A stretch of 64,000 bases of DNA from Candidatus Fermentibacterota bacterium. Lineage in GTDB: Bacteria; Fermentibacterota; Fermentibacteria; Fermentibacterales; JCC-6. Positions 27,635-37,667 of the stretch are shown here, one piece after another. Position 1 is the stretch's first letter. The number at the start of each line of letters is the position of its first letter. The notes under the pieces are model-generated. The model saw only the letters and a program-made list of their open reading frames with translations. It did no database searches and was not told where the DNA came from. Position numbers and translations under genes: made by a program. The stretch lies in the NCBI GenBank assembly GCA_030609965.1, contig JAUWSQ010000004.1, forward strand, positions 217-64,216, in the 5' to 3' direction.

Positions 27635-29140
27635 TTGAGCGGCGAGATGATCGTACATGGCATACAGGCCGTAGTTCTTGGCCTTTCGGTTGGTCTTATT
27701 CTGCTTGTTATCCGGAAGCATGCCCCCGGCAGCCGGCTCCGAATGTGGGTTCTTTTTGCAGGGATCGCAGGTGCAACATATCTTGTCATGAAAATGTTCG
27801 GGGTTCCCGGGGAATCAACATTTTCAAAGATAGCCCTTGCAGCCACAATCATGCTCTCCTCGAACATACTTCTCCGAATTCTGAATCTGCTCTTCTGGGA
27901 TTACCTTCTTAAAAAACAGGTCGATGTACATATGCCGCGTCTCGTCATCGACATTATCAATTTCATACTACTTGCTATAGTTGCAGTTGCCATTCTTAAC
28001 GGAGTATTCGGCGTAAGACTTACAGGGTTTCTTGTAACATCCACTGTGCTTTCCGCCGTAATCGGTCTTTCCCTTCAGGATATCCTCGGTAACCTGTTTG
28101 CCGGACTTGCTCTTCAGATGGAAAGGCCCTACAAACTTGGTGAATGGATAAATGTCGGTGAGGAGGAGGGGGTCGTTGTCCAGATGAACTGGAGAACACT
28201 CACTGTAAGGACAAGGAACGGAGATCACGTTTCAATTCCCAATGCGATGGTTTCCAAGGATATTGTCACGAACTACTCCCGTCCAAACAGGAATCACATG
28301 TGCCGGGTCAAGGTTGGGATGGCCTATGACCATCAGCCTGGAATTGTCAAACGTGTGATTACATCAACCCTAGAGAGAATGGATGGAATTCTTGAGACCC
28401 CTCCACCAGCTGTATTCCTCGATGAATTTGACGAATATTCCGTGAATTATGATGCAAGGTTCTGGATAAGTGAATACCACAGGAAGCCTGAGCTAGAGAA
28501 CGCCGTAAGAACAAGGATCTGGTACATCCTCAGGCGCAGAGGCCTGACCATCCCATTCCCGATCAGGGATGTCACTGTCAAAGAGGTATCTTCTGAACAC
28601 GAGGGCATAATCAGGGATAATATCAAGCAGGAAGTCATCGGCGGGCTAAGAAATGTTGAGCTCTTCCGCCCCCTCTCCTTCGATCAGATAGAGGAACTGG
28701 CCTCAAGCTCATCCAAACTTCTATTCTCCAAGGGAGAGATCCTGGTTCAGCAGGGAGATTCAGGCGATTCCCTCTTCATTATTACAAACGGAAAGGTGGA
28801 TGTGTCCGTTTCCAATGGTGCTGGACGTAAAACCCACCTTGCGGACCTTCAGGCAGGAGACTATTTCGGTGAGATGAGCCTGCTTACAGGCGAGCCCCGT
28901 TCGGCTTCTGTTGTAGCTCTTGCGGAAACGGAAGTCATAGTTGTAGAAAAGAGGGGAATGGCTGGGCTTCTGGAGCAGGAATCATCAATTATCGAACCGC
29001 TATCAACTATGCTGAATAAGAGACTGGAAGACCTTTCCGGAAGGATTACGGACCAGACAGCTAAGGAAGATAAGTCGGATCAGATCGAGAGAAAGGATCA
29101 TCTGCTCGGCCGCATAAGAGATTTCTTCGGCATTAGATAG
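27635..29140 (+). CDS. MscS-family channel with C-terminal cyclic-nucleotide-binding domain
   Basis: GLSLQDILGNLFAG, W.TL..R, IPFP; GDYFGEMSLLTGEPRSASV; TTG 27635 after GGGAGG. Confidence 0.92.
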   Translation: MSGEMIVHGIQAVVLGLSVGLILLVIRKHAPGSRLRMWVLFAGIAGATYLVMKMFGVPGESTFSKIALAATIMLSSNILLRILNLLFWDYLLKKQVDVHMPRLVIDIINFILLAIVAVAILNGVFGVRLTGFLVTSTVLSAVIGLSLQDILGNLFAGLALQMERPYKLGEWINVGEEEGVVVQMNWRTLTVRTRNGDHVSIPNAMVSKDIVTNYSRPNRNHMCRVKVGMAYDHQPGIVKRVITSTLERMDGILETPPPAVFLDEFDEYSVNYDARFWISEYHRKPELENAVRTRIWYILRRRGLTIPFPIRDVTVKEVSSEHEGIIRDNIKQEVIGGLRNVELFRPLSFDQIEELASSSSKLLFSKGEILVQQGDSGDSLFIITNGKVDVSVSNGAGRKTHLADLQAGDYFGEMSLLTGEPRSASVVALAETEVIVVEKRGMAGLLEQESSIIEPLSTMLNKRLEDLSGRITDQTAKEDKSDQIERKDHLLGRIRDFFGIR

Positions 29141-29146
29141 TAATTG

Positions 29147-29209
29147 GGGACGGAGTTGGGGACGGAGGTAATTAATAAATCTAATTACCACCGTCCCCAA
29201 CTCCGTCCC
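29147..29209. repeat. Long palindrome built from tandem GGGGACGGAG units (REP-like, probable bidirectional terminator)
   Basis: 28-bp arms 29147-29174 and 29182-29209, 27/28 complementary. Confidence 0.8.
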
Positions 29210-29212
29210 TAT

Positions 29213-29698
29213 TTAAAAAATAACTTGACTCAGGGCGTAATAAATTGCCATCAGGGAAGAAAACACCGCACTTGAAAAGAATCTCCATTTCAGAGGAACT
29301 CTGTTCTGAATCACATAATTTGCTGCAAATACTACAGGTACATTCACTATGAACGCGTAAAACCCAAGCCTTAGAAGGCTCCAGTTTACGCTGCTCCAGT
29401 TTCCCTGCAGAATCTGAATGAAAAGGAGATGCCGTGCAATCCACAGTGGATTGAAATAGAGAATGGCCAGCCCTGCTCTTGAAAATGAACCCTTAAGACC
29501 ATTTATCCCTGTTGTTTTTGCGTCTATCCATCTGAACCAGTTGGGGATTTCAAAGGCATAGACGGTCCCGCCGATGAGCATCATACCCAGCATCCGTTCA
29601 AGTGAAAAATCCGAAAGAATAATGGATGCGATTGTATCACCGATGGAGTATATGAGTACTCCCCGTAAAACGTCAGAGGGTTTATACCTGAGTTTCAA
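29213..29698 (-). CDS. Mpv17/PMP22-like membrane protein
   Basis: GDTIAS, ER, WFRWID, YFNP, NYVIQNRVPLKWR, YYALS follow the Mpv17 pattern; 4 TM. Confidence 0.65.
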   Translation of the reverse strand: MKLRYKPSDVLRGVLIYSIGDTIASIILSDFSLERMLGMMLIGGTVYAFEIPNWFRWIDAKTTGINGLKGSFSRAGLAILYFNPLWIARHLLFIQILQGNWSSVNWSLLRLGFYAFIVNVPVVFAANYVIQNRVPLKWRFFSSAVFSSLMAIYYALSQVIF

Positions 29699-29709
29699 TA
29701 TCGGCTGTT

Positions 29710-31971
29710 TTACCGCTTCTTCTGCAGAAGCAGGAGTATCTTTTCATTTGTCAGAGGGGCGCAATAAACCGGAGGGATTTCCGGATCGCACGCCCGAATC
29801 GCATCAAGAATCGCGAAATAGGTTCCGATTCCGTACATGAACGGTGGTTCACCCACGGCCTTGGAATTGTAAACCCCCGCGTTCTCCGAATGACATTCCA
29901 GGAATTCTATATCCACTTCTCCCGGAGTAGAGTACATATCCGGTATCTTGTAAGTTGCAAGGGAATCCGACAGAAGAGCATTTGTCTCAGGATGATATTT
30001 CAGTTCTTCAAGAGTGACCCATCCGATCCCCTGAAGAAGCCCTCCCTCGATCTGTCCTCTGTCAACAAGAGGATTGATGCTCTCTCCGCAATCGTGAACT
30101 ATCTGTACGGCATCCACCGAGAAAACACCCCTCAGCCTGTCCAGAGTGATCTCCGTAACAGCTGTTCCAGCCACATGATAGGAAAAAGGTCTGCCTTTCT
30201 CGGAAGATTTGTTGAAATGCAGTCCCGGTGTTGCATAATGGGCCTGGGATGAAAGGTTCACTCTCGCAAGATATGCAAGGCCAATAAGCTTGTTCCACTC
30301 GAGGTGGGTCTTTTCCCCGTTGATCATTACTTTTTCATGTATAAGATCGATTTGGCTGTCTGGAGCTGCATCGAGGTGTTTTCCTGCAAAAATCAGAAGG
30401 CGCTTGAGGATGTTGCTGCAGGCAATTCTTACTGCGTTTCCATTCATGTCAGCAGCTGAGCTCGCCGCAGTGGGTGAAGTATTGGCTGACCTTGTTGTGT
30501 TGGTTGATTCCACCTTGATCCGGAAGAGATCGATCCCGAAGGTTCTTGCCGCAACCTGAGCCATTTTCGTATTGACTCCCTGTCCCATTTCAACGGCTCC
30601 GGTGCTGATCCCGATGCTTCCATCGGTATACACATGAACAAGAGCATTGGCCTGGTTCATAGATAGATGGGTGAAGGAAATGCCGAAGCAGACAGGCATG
30701 AATGAAATACCTTTCTTGAACATAGCATTGCTGCTGTTGAAATCCCTGACCCTTCTTTCGACATTTCCAGCCTGGTGAATTTCGTGTGCTTTCTTCCAGG
30801 ATCGCCTTATCTCGTTTCCCTCGTAAGGCATACCGAAGGGGAATATGTCATCTTTCTTCAGTAGATTCTTTTCCTGTATCTCAAGGGGAGTGACCCCCAG
30901 TTTATGAGAGGCGCTGTGAATAGCTGATTCGAGGACATACATTGCCTGCGGTGCCCCGAAGCCACGAAAAGCCGTGTTGGGCGGAAGATTGGTTCTACAG
31001 GAAATACCTGTAGCCTTTACATTGGGAATGAAATATGCATTTGTTGAATGAAACAGTGTCCGTTCAAGGATAACTGTTGAAAGGTCGGATACCGCCCCTC
31101 CGTTCTGATAGTAAGTAACCTCCCATGCTATCATTGTCCCGTCGTTTGCAAGGCCCAGTTTGAAATCGGAACTGTAGGGGTGCCTCTTGCCTGTCCAGGT
31201 CATGTCTTCATTCCTGTTAAGCACGAGTTTTACCGGTTTGCCTGTAAGCTGCACTCCAAGTGCCGACAATACCGCCCAGGGTGTTGCCTGGTCCTCCTTG
31301 CCTCCGAAAGCGCCTCCAAGCCTTCCCACATCAACTTCTATTTTGTTCATCGGCAGATTAAGAACTCTTGCAGCAACCCTCTGTACAAAGGTAGGTCCCT
31401 GGGTTCCGGAGGTTATCCTTATACAGCCATCTTCCATCGGGATTGCGAAAGCACCCTGTGTTTCGAGGTACAGGTGCTCCTGTCCCCCTGAATCGGCGCG
31501 TCCTGCAACTATGCAGTCGCATTTATCCCATGCCTCTGAAGTGTTCCCCATGGAAAAAGTTCTCGGGGGGGCTATGAGCATTCCCTTTTCGAATGCTTCT
31601 CTCGGATCCACGACCGATGGTAACTCAGTAATTTCCATATTGATTGCTTTTACTGCCGCTCTGGCATTTTCCGGTGTGTCTGCCAGTACTACTGCCACAG
31701 GTTGTCCGATAAAAAGCAGTTCCTTTTCTGCAAGAAGCAGTTCGTCCTTTATTATGCTGCCTATCTGATTCTTTCCCGGGATGTCTTCCGCTGTAATGAC
31801 CGCTTCAACACCCGGTATCGATAATGCTTCACCTGCTTCCAGCGTCTCTATCTCACCATGTGAAACGGGAGAAACAAGCACTGCAGCATGAAGGAGATTT
31901 CGTGGAAGTTTGAAATCGTCAACGAACAGGGAGCGTCCTCTTACATGCAGCAGGGCATCCTGATGTTTCAC
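29710..31971 (-). CDS. xdhB: Xanthine dehydrogenase molybdopterin-binding subunit
   Basis: QEHLYLET, GGAFGGKE, AFRGFG, EMGQG, SPTAAS, GQIEGG, SKAVGEPP. Confidence 0.95.
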   Translation of the reverse strand: MKHQDALLHVRGRSLFVDDFKLPRNLLHAAVLVSPVSHGEIETLEAGEALSIPGVEAVITAEDIPGKNQIGSIIKDELLLAEKELLFIGQPVAVVLADTPENARAAVKAINMEITELPSVVDPREAFEKGMLIAPPRTFSMGNTSEAWDKCDCIVAGRADSGGQEHLYLETQGAFAIPMEDGCIRITSGTQGPTFVQRVAARVLNLPMNKIEVDVGRLGGAFGGKEDQATPWAVLSALGVQLTGKPVKLVLNRNEDMTWTGKRHPYSSDFKLGLANDGTMIAWEVTYYQNGGAVSDLSTVILERTLFHSTNAYFIPNVKATGISCRTNLPPNTAFRGFGAPQAMYVLESAIHSASHKLGVTPLEIQEKNLLKKDDIFPFGMPYEGNEIRRSWKKAHEIHQAGNVERRVRDFNSSNAMFKKGISFMPVCFGISFTHLSMNQANALVHVYTDGSIGISTGAVEMGQGVNTKMAQVAARTFGIDLFRIKVESTNTTRSANTSPTAASSAADMNGNAVRIACSNILKRLLIFAGKHLDAAPDSQIDLIHEKVMINGEKTHLEWNKLIGLAYLARVNLSSQAHYATPGLHFNKSSEKGRPFSYHVAGTAVTEITLDRLRGVFSVDAVQIVHDCGESINPLVDRGQIEGGLLQGIGWVTLEELKYHPETNALLSDSLATYKIPDMYSTPGEVDIEFLECHSENAGVYNSKAVGEPPFMYGIGTYFAILDAIRACDPEIPPVYCAPLTNEKILLLLQKKR

Positions 31972-33398
31972 AGCAGATCCTCCAAATCAATCTGGTGCGG
32001 GAAGAGTTCAATAAAGTGGGATAAAATGAGTCGTCTCAAAAGGAGCTTTTTATATACTGCTGAACCTCTTATGTCATCTATTGGACTGATTTCATCACAG
32101 GCGGTATCTGCCGCAAGCCGGGCTGTACCTGTTGAAATGATGTTGCCTGTCAGGATATCGCATGTCTTTTCAAGATAGAGGGGAATCGGCGCGACACCTC
32201 CCGCTGAGATATCAGCCTTTTTGATTCTGTTGTATTTCACTATGAAAGAGGCAGCTGAATTAACGGATGCAATATCAAGATGTTTCCTCATGGCGACTTT
32301 TTCGAAATTTATAAAGGTATCGAAATCGGGTGCAGTGTACTCGAGCCCTTCGAGTAATTCATCGGGGGAGAGGTCAAGTACTTTGTAATCACTGAAGAAA
32401 TCCTTCAGCTGTACTTCTCTGTAATCCGAACCCTTTGATATCCTCAGCTTCGCATCCAGTGCAAGGAAGATAATGGTGAGGTCACCTATTGGAGACGCGT
32501 TTACAATGTTACCTCCCACTGTGGCTCTATTGCGGACCCCGGCAGAGGCGATAAGCTGAAGGGATGGTTCAAGATTGCCCAAGTTATAAAATACTTCTGA
32601 ATCTAAGATATCCCTGACGGTTGCCCCTGCTCCGATAAGAACCCTGTTCTCCTGAGTGGTTATTCCGTTCATTTCCGTTTCCCGGGAGAGAAATCTCAGA
32701 TCAGTATTCGTGAGCTCTTCAGCTTCGAGCGCGAAAAGGTCGGTTCCACCTGCTACCGTTACGGTTTTTCCCGAAGCGCTCGATTCGGAAGCGTCCGGTT
32801 CTGCGGCATCCATGGTCTTCAGCATATTTTCAATTCCGAGGAAATAGGGGGGCAGTATCTCTTTTTCTACAAGCCATTCAAGATGTTTGCTGGAGGAGCA
32901 GCATTCAGCAGGAGAATATCCGATTTTCAAGGATACTGCTTTCCCTGCTTTCCTTATGGAAACGTAACCGGTGCATCTGCAGATGTTTCCTGCGAGGGCA
33001 TCTGCAGCCCCGATATCGTCAGGATCGACTGTTCCTAGAAGGTAACCTGTAAGGGACATGATAAGCCCCGGCGTGCAGAAGCCGCATTGGGAGGCACCTT
33101 CCTCCACGAAAATCTGCTGAATCGGGGAGAGTTCTTTTTCAAGGTTTACACCTTCGATGGTTACAAGATGCCTGCCGCTGAGTTCACCAACCGGAAGAAT
33201 GCAGGAATTCACGGCCATGTACTTTATACCCTGCGCAAGCGGTGTTCCGAGCAGTACTGTACAGGCACCGCAGTCACCTTCTCTGCAACCTTCCTTGGTT
33301 CCGCTCAGCCCTGCTTCCCCACGAAGCAGATCAAGCGTAACTGCTCCTGCTGGAAGCTCAGTGGAGTATTCCCGATCATTCAGAATAAAAGATATCAT
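31968..33398 (-). CDS. xdhA: Xanthine dehydrogenase small subunit (2x[2Fe-2S] + FAD)
   Basis: GTKEGCREGDCGACTV, QCGFCTPG, GNICRCTGY, AGGTD, RNRATVGGN..NASPIGD. Confidence 0.95.
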   Translation of the reverse strand: MISFILNDREYSTELPAGAVTLDLLRGEAGLSGTKEGCREGDCGACTVLLGTPLAQGIKYMAVNSCILPVGELSGRHLVTIEGVNLEKELSPIQQIFVEEGASQCGFCTPGLIMSLTGYLLGTVDPDDIGAADALAGNICRCTGYVSIRKAGKAVSLKIGYSPAECCSSSKHLEWLVEKEILPPYFLGIENMLKTMDAAEPDASESSASGKTVTVAGGTDLFALEAEELTNTDLRFLSRETEMNGITTQENRVLIGAGATVRDILDSEVFYNLGNLEPSLQLIASAGVRNRATVGGNIVNASPIGDLTIIFLALDAKLRISKGSDYREVQLKDFFSDYKVLDLSPDELLEGLEYTAPDFDTFINFEKVAMRKHLDIASVNSAASFIVKYNRIKKADISAGGVAPIPLYLEKTCDILTGNIISTGTARLAADTACDEISPIDDIRGSAVYKKLLLRRLILSHFIELFPHQIDLEDLL

Positions 33399-33437
33399 TT
33401 TCCCCCGCTTCATTGTATTTAACAAAGTATAACATCA

Positions 33438-34340
33438 TTAAGGGGAGAGCGGTATTTCCGGATAATACTCTTTCAATTTTTCTTCCAGTTCCGTGCAGGA
33501 AGTTTCGGCACTTGCGAAGATCTCCTCAACCCTGTGAAACTCAAGCATGCCGATATTCCGGATATCAGGCTTTATGTAAATATCAGGCTGACTGATGTCC
33601 AGTTTTGTCTCTACGATCGACCTCTGCATTATGTCGAACATCTCGAGAACCGCTTTAACCGCTCCGGGGGGTTTACCGGACTCGGATTCCGCATATCCCA
33701 GAACATCAACAGCAACTATCAGATCGCAGTCGTCCAGAATATCAAAGGGCACCGGATTCACACCCCCGCCGTCAATAAGAATACGCTCTCCGTATTTTAC
33801 TGGAGTGAACAGCCCCGGCAGCCCCATACTCGCCTTGACTGCATTCAGAAGATTCCCTGAGGACAGCACTGCCTGTTCGGACGCCCAGAAGTCGGTTGAA
33901 ACTACCTTCAGGGGTATTTCAAGATCCTCGAAGTTATCTGTATGGATTGCATCGTAGAAATACCTCATTACAGAATCGCCCTTGAAGATCCCCGGTCCCA
34001 GGAAATCGATATCCATGAATTGAACAAGCCTTTTGATGTCTTTGAGCAGTTCTCCCGGGGAAGCGTTCTTCCTGATGATAGTCTCCTGCACCAGACTGCG
34101 AATCTCGGAGCCCTTCACTCCGGACGCGTACATGGCTCCCAGTACGGCACCTATACTGGTTCCCGCGATACAGCAGGGTCTGATTTTCAGGTTATCAAGT
34201 ACCTCAAGAAGCGGAACATGGGCAAGTCCTCTCGCCCCGCCCCCCCCAAGAGCAAGACCCAGCCTGATACCCTCGTCTTTAACGTCCGGCTTCTTCCTCC
34301 AGAGTATGTTCCTGATTCTGTCTATCAGATGAACGCTCAT
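33438..34340 (-). CDS. Patatin-like phospholipase (RssA/NTE type)
   Basis: LGGGGARG, GTSIG, DGG. Confidence 0.93.
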   Translation of the reverse strand: MSVHLIDRIRNILWRKKPDVKDEGIRLGLALGGGGARGLAHVPLLEVLDNLKIRPCCIAGTSIGAVLGAMYASGVKGSEIRSLVQETIIRKNASPGELLKDIKRLVQFMDIDFLGPGIFKGDSVMRYFYDAIHTDNFEDLEIPLKVVSTDFWASEQAVLSSGNLLNAVKASMGLPGLFTPVKYGERILIDGGGVNPVPFDILDDCDLIVAVDVLGYAESESGKPPGAVKAVLEMFDIMQRSIVETKLDISQPDIYIKPDIRNIGMLEFHRVEEIFASAETSCTELEEKLKEYYPEIPLSP

Positions 34341-34713
34341 TCATTTCTCCATCCGGATAGGCATGATGATCTTCAGGTTGACCACCATCATGCCATGCCA
34401 TGTAATTTGCATTCCAGTCCAGCGTGCTTTCGAGTTTTTTTACTGTAATGTTCAGTGTATCAGCACATAATTCTATTAACTTATCTCTCGGTAGGATCTT
34501 TCCAAACTTCTTCTTCGCATGATTTACAGCAGCACAGCATAACCATGAGCTAGGAGATTTTTCGTGGTGCCAGTAATTTGATGGGCTGTTAAGATATTCT
34601 AAGTCCTCCTCGGAGAAACTGCATTCCTGACCTTCATGTTCAATTGATGCTTCCCTGTTGTAGAAAGACAGATACATCTTTGATTGTTCTTTATCCCACG
34701 AAGGCATAGTCAT
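34279..34713 (-). CDS. Hypothetical protein
   Basis: Fills the gap between co-oriented genes; start ATG 34713 or 34707; no motif recognised. Confidence 0.5.
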   Translation of the reverse strand: MTMPSWDKEQSKMYLSFYNREASIEHEGQECSFSEEDLEYLNSPSNYWHHEKSPSSWLCCAAVNHAKKKFGKILPRDKLIELCADTLNITVKKLESTLDWNANYMAWHDGGQPEDHHAYPDGEMNERSSDRQNQEHTLEEEAGR

Positions 34714-34742
34714 ATCCCAATCTCTGCACACCCAAATGCAGG

Positions 34743-35290
34743 TTAAGCACCTGCAGGCGGATAATAGCCCACCGGACCATCTGAGTAACCGACCTCGTCC
34801 AGCCACCACTGCGGGTAACCCACCTCCACCGCCACATTGTCGGGGGAGTTTACATAACCGTCATCGTATCTGGCGATAAGCATATCCGCCAGGGACCACC
34901 AACGGTTCACAACAGATTCTGCGTTCTCAATCGACCACTGCGTGATATAGATCCTGGCGCCGCATTCGTCCTCCTCCATGATCTCCATGGCGGCTGCGTC
35001 CACCAGTGCGACATCGGCAAGCTCGGTGTTCTCCACGCTGTCCTGAACTGCTTTGATGTCCCGTATCATATAGGAGTACTTCAGCTCAGCCCAGTTGGAA
35101 ACGAAGTTGAAAGCCCACCAGGCGCTTTCCCGGCTGAATATTCTGGTATCTCCGCTCTGGTAGCTCCAGGGCAGATCGTTCATCCCACAGTAGCCCCTGC
35201 TGTCACCAGGGTGGTCGTACATGCGTCAGCATAGTTCGAGAGAAAGATGAATGATAAGGTTGCAAGCAGAATCGCCATGAGTCGTCCCAT
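34743..35290 (-). pseudogene. C69-family dipeptidase with large internal deletion and frameshift
   Basis: Signal peptide + catalytic CTT (ADA-CTTTLVTAGATV) joined out of frame to C-terminal YCGMNDLP...SAWWAFNFVSNWAELKY. Confidence 0.8.
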
Positions 35291-35497
35291 CAGAACCTCC
35301 ATACGGTTGCGTAACAATCGGGAGCTTGAAATATCTAATTTATCTGATCGTATTGTTTGCCCGAAATGACAATACCGCTGGTTATCCTGCCGCGTCAATG
35401 TCATGCAAGACTGAAGAGTACTCTTGGGGGCTTCCCATCCTTGAGAGCTGACGTATTTTTTACTATTGTTCTTCTGTAACTATTGAAAGGAGATAGA

Positions 35498-36364
35498 ATG
35501 ATCTGTTCCTTTCGGCTCAGAGCTTCAGAATTTCTGTTATTGATTGTTTCTTTGTTCTTTTCCCTGCCTGTCTGTTCCGATGATTTCGCCGCGTATATTT
35601 ATGAATGGGAAACAAGAAGTAATGGATTGGAATATTTCAGTGTACTTGGTTTTCCTTCCGAAATGCTTCCGGATGGAATAGACAACCTGGATTTGCTGAT
35701 TCTGGGCGATGATCTTATCAATGGCTCAGATCTTGCGGTTATCGGCTATGGGCGCGATACTCTTTGCTTCGGTACTGTAGCGTTTGACATGTTTCTGAAT
35801 CCAGCCAAGTCATTTGCTTCTTTCAGAAGTGAAGACAGTTTGATAATTCTTTCTTCCGAATATCCCAGTAGAACCACAACGTGCAATATGTCCTTCGCAT
35901 GGGATAAAGACGCACAGATTTTCATTCCAGTCGAATCCTGGATAAGCGACTGGTCCGCTGACCTTCTGACGGCTGCGGACTCCCTTCTTGAAATCGGTGA
36001 GATCCGGCAGGCTGCGGACAGTATAAGCATGATGTTTTACGGCTGGGCATACTACGATGCAAGCGAACTCAGCTGCCGGTTCCTGAGGGCTGCCATTACC
36101 GCTTCAAAGGAAGCCCCGGATGAGGAAGCCCTGGATTATTACGATGCGGCTATTTACGCCTTCGATATTATCCAGTACGATAATACCTGGTTCATTTCCT
36201 TTGATTCACTGGAAGATTTCTTGATGAGTGATTACGCCGAGTACATTGAGGCGGATGAACTTGCCGATATACTTCGCGATTATGCGAACATTTTCAGAAA
36301 GAACGACTTCGCTGTAGAAGCAGTCTTCGATAACGTTGCAGACATACTTGAAGGAAACGAGTAA
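35498..36364 (+). CDS. Secreted acidic hypothetical protein
   Basis: Signal-like N-terminus; AAAGGAG RBS before ATG 35498. Confidence 0.65.
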   Translation: MICSFRLRASEFLLLIVSLFFSLPVCSDDFAAYIYEWETRSNGLEYFSVLGFPSEMLPDGIDNLDLLILGDDLINGSDLAVIGYGRDTLCFGTVAFDMFLNPAKSFASFRSEDSLIILSSEYPSRTTTCNMSFAWDKDAQIFIPVESWISDWSADLLTAADSLLEIGEIRQAADSISMMFYGWAYYDASELSCRFLRAAITASKEAPDEEALDYYDAAIYAFDIIQYDNTWFISFDSLEDFLMSDYAEYIEADELADILRDYANIFRKNDFAVEAVFDNVADILEGNE

Positions 36365-36367
36365 GTG

Positions 36368-36639
36368 TCAGCTCTGACTATCAGCTGATTTGTTGCTGTG
36401 ATAGATGTGCCTGAAGGTCAGTAAGGCAGTGATCAGAGCGAAGAGCGCAACACCACCCAGAATGATGGCCATTCTGAGCCAGGGAGTTTCTGCCGCCTTG
36501 CGGACCATTTTTTCCGAATCAGGAGCAGGAGGGGGAGAGCAAGACAAAGGTATTTCAGGATAGCGTCTCCAGCGCGGCCGTAATGCGCTCCCGCCAGAAG
36601 AAGTGCGAGAATGGTCATTACAATGCGAAGAGCATTCAT
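36368..36639 (-). pseudogene. Small membrane protein with probable internal deletion and frameshift
   Basis: MNALRIV..AHYGRAG..RKKWSAR then, in another frame, AAETPWLRMAIILGGVALFALITALLTF...*; a middle helix appears missing. Confidence 0.6.
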
Positions 36640-36657
36640 GATGACCTCCATAACTGA

Positions 36658-37254
36658 TTATTCAAAAAGGATATTCTTTCCAGCATATTCCGATAGCACA
36701 GGTGCAAAACCGTTAAGGCGAGTTACAATTTCACTTCTTTCGGGCAGAAGATCCTCTGAATAGGCGAATTCAGTGGCTACAGAATCAAACTGGTTCAGCA
36801 GGTCTTCCTGCATATCGTATCCAGCTATCTGATCGTAGAGCCATACCAGCCCGGATGTTTTTGTGTAGATGTCCGCTGTACTGAGATCAGGTGACATATC
36901 CAGCATCTCCACATCGGGAAGATGAACGATAATGCTGTTTACGTTCTGTTCCAGGGAATCCTCGGTTAGTTTTTCCAGATCCAATCCATAGATGTACGTA
37001 ACCTTCATTATAAGCAGACCTTCTCTGTTCCCGAGAAGCAAACTGTTCTCATCAATATCAGTATATATGTAAGTTGTTATCCTGTCAGTTGCAAGGAAGA
37101 AAAGACTTTCGGATTTGAGAACCTGCAGGATGGAAGTGGTCGATCTGGAGAAGCCGAAGAGATTGTTCAAGTCCAGGATATTCAAGGCTGACAGGAACAA
37201 TGCTAGTGTTATCAGAACGAAAAGGACAACAACTGACCTCCGAAGTGTTTTCAC
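36658..37254 (-). CDS. DUF4230-like protein
   Basis: N-terminal TM; YGLDLEKL...IIVHLP motif. Confidence 0.7.
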   Translation of the reverse strand: MKTLRRSVVVLFVLITLALFLSALNILDLNNLFGFSRSTTSILQVLKSESLFFLATDRITTYIYTDIDENSLLLGNREGLLIMKVTYIYGLDLEKLTEDSLEQNVNSIIVHLPDVEMLDMSPDLSTADIYTKTSGLVWLYDQIAGYDMQEDLLNQFDSVATEFAYSEDLLPERSEIVTRLNGFAPVLSEYAGKNILFE

Positions 37255-37263
37255 AGCAGGGTC

Positions 37264-37335
37264 TCAGCACTGAGCAAAACGAAGTATCAGAACTACCGAA
37301 GCTATAGCTATAATCGCGAATATTATTTTTTTCAT
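37264..37335 (-). CDS. 23-aa hydrophobic ORF in frame with the DUF4230 gene
   Basis: AAAGG RBS, MKKIIFAIIAIASVVLILRFAQC, TGA 37264-37266. Confidence 0.4.
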   Translation of the reverse strand: MKKIIFAIIAIASVVLILRFAQC

Positions 37336-37667
37336 AAAACCTTTCTTTGGTATTGTACTCAGTGTTTGAGTATCGAATCATAATGATATTATGTCAAGAT
37401 CAATCTTCCCCGGACTTCCCCATACTTTCAACTTACAGGTGTGAGTAGATGACGTCATCCTTGCTGAAAAGGTGTTTTTAAGTGCCTTTCGCCTTGACTA
37501 TTCTGATTCCATCGGTTAAATATTGAACGGATGCTATCTTGTTGTACTTGATGCCTGTGGTCTCCAAGCAGCCGAGAGATGTTTGAGGTTGAATTAAGAT
37601 AGTCATAAGATAGGGGTTGTACCGATGACTGATCCACCTGTACACAAACAGACTGCAGGAGAGCGAA

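Noticed and set aside
37235-37266. Selenocysteine UGA with SECIS
   Set aside because: Apical loop is only about 12 nt from the UGA, the family is not redox-type, and no sel genes are in the window
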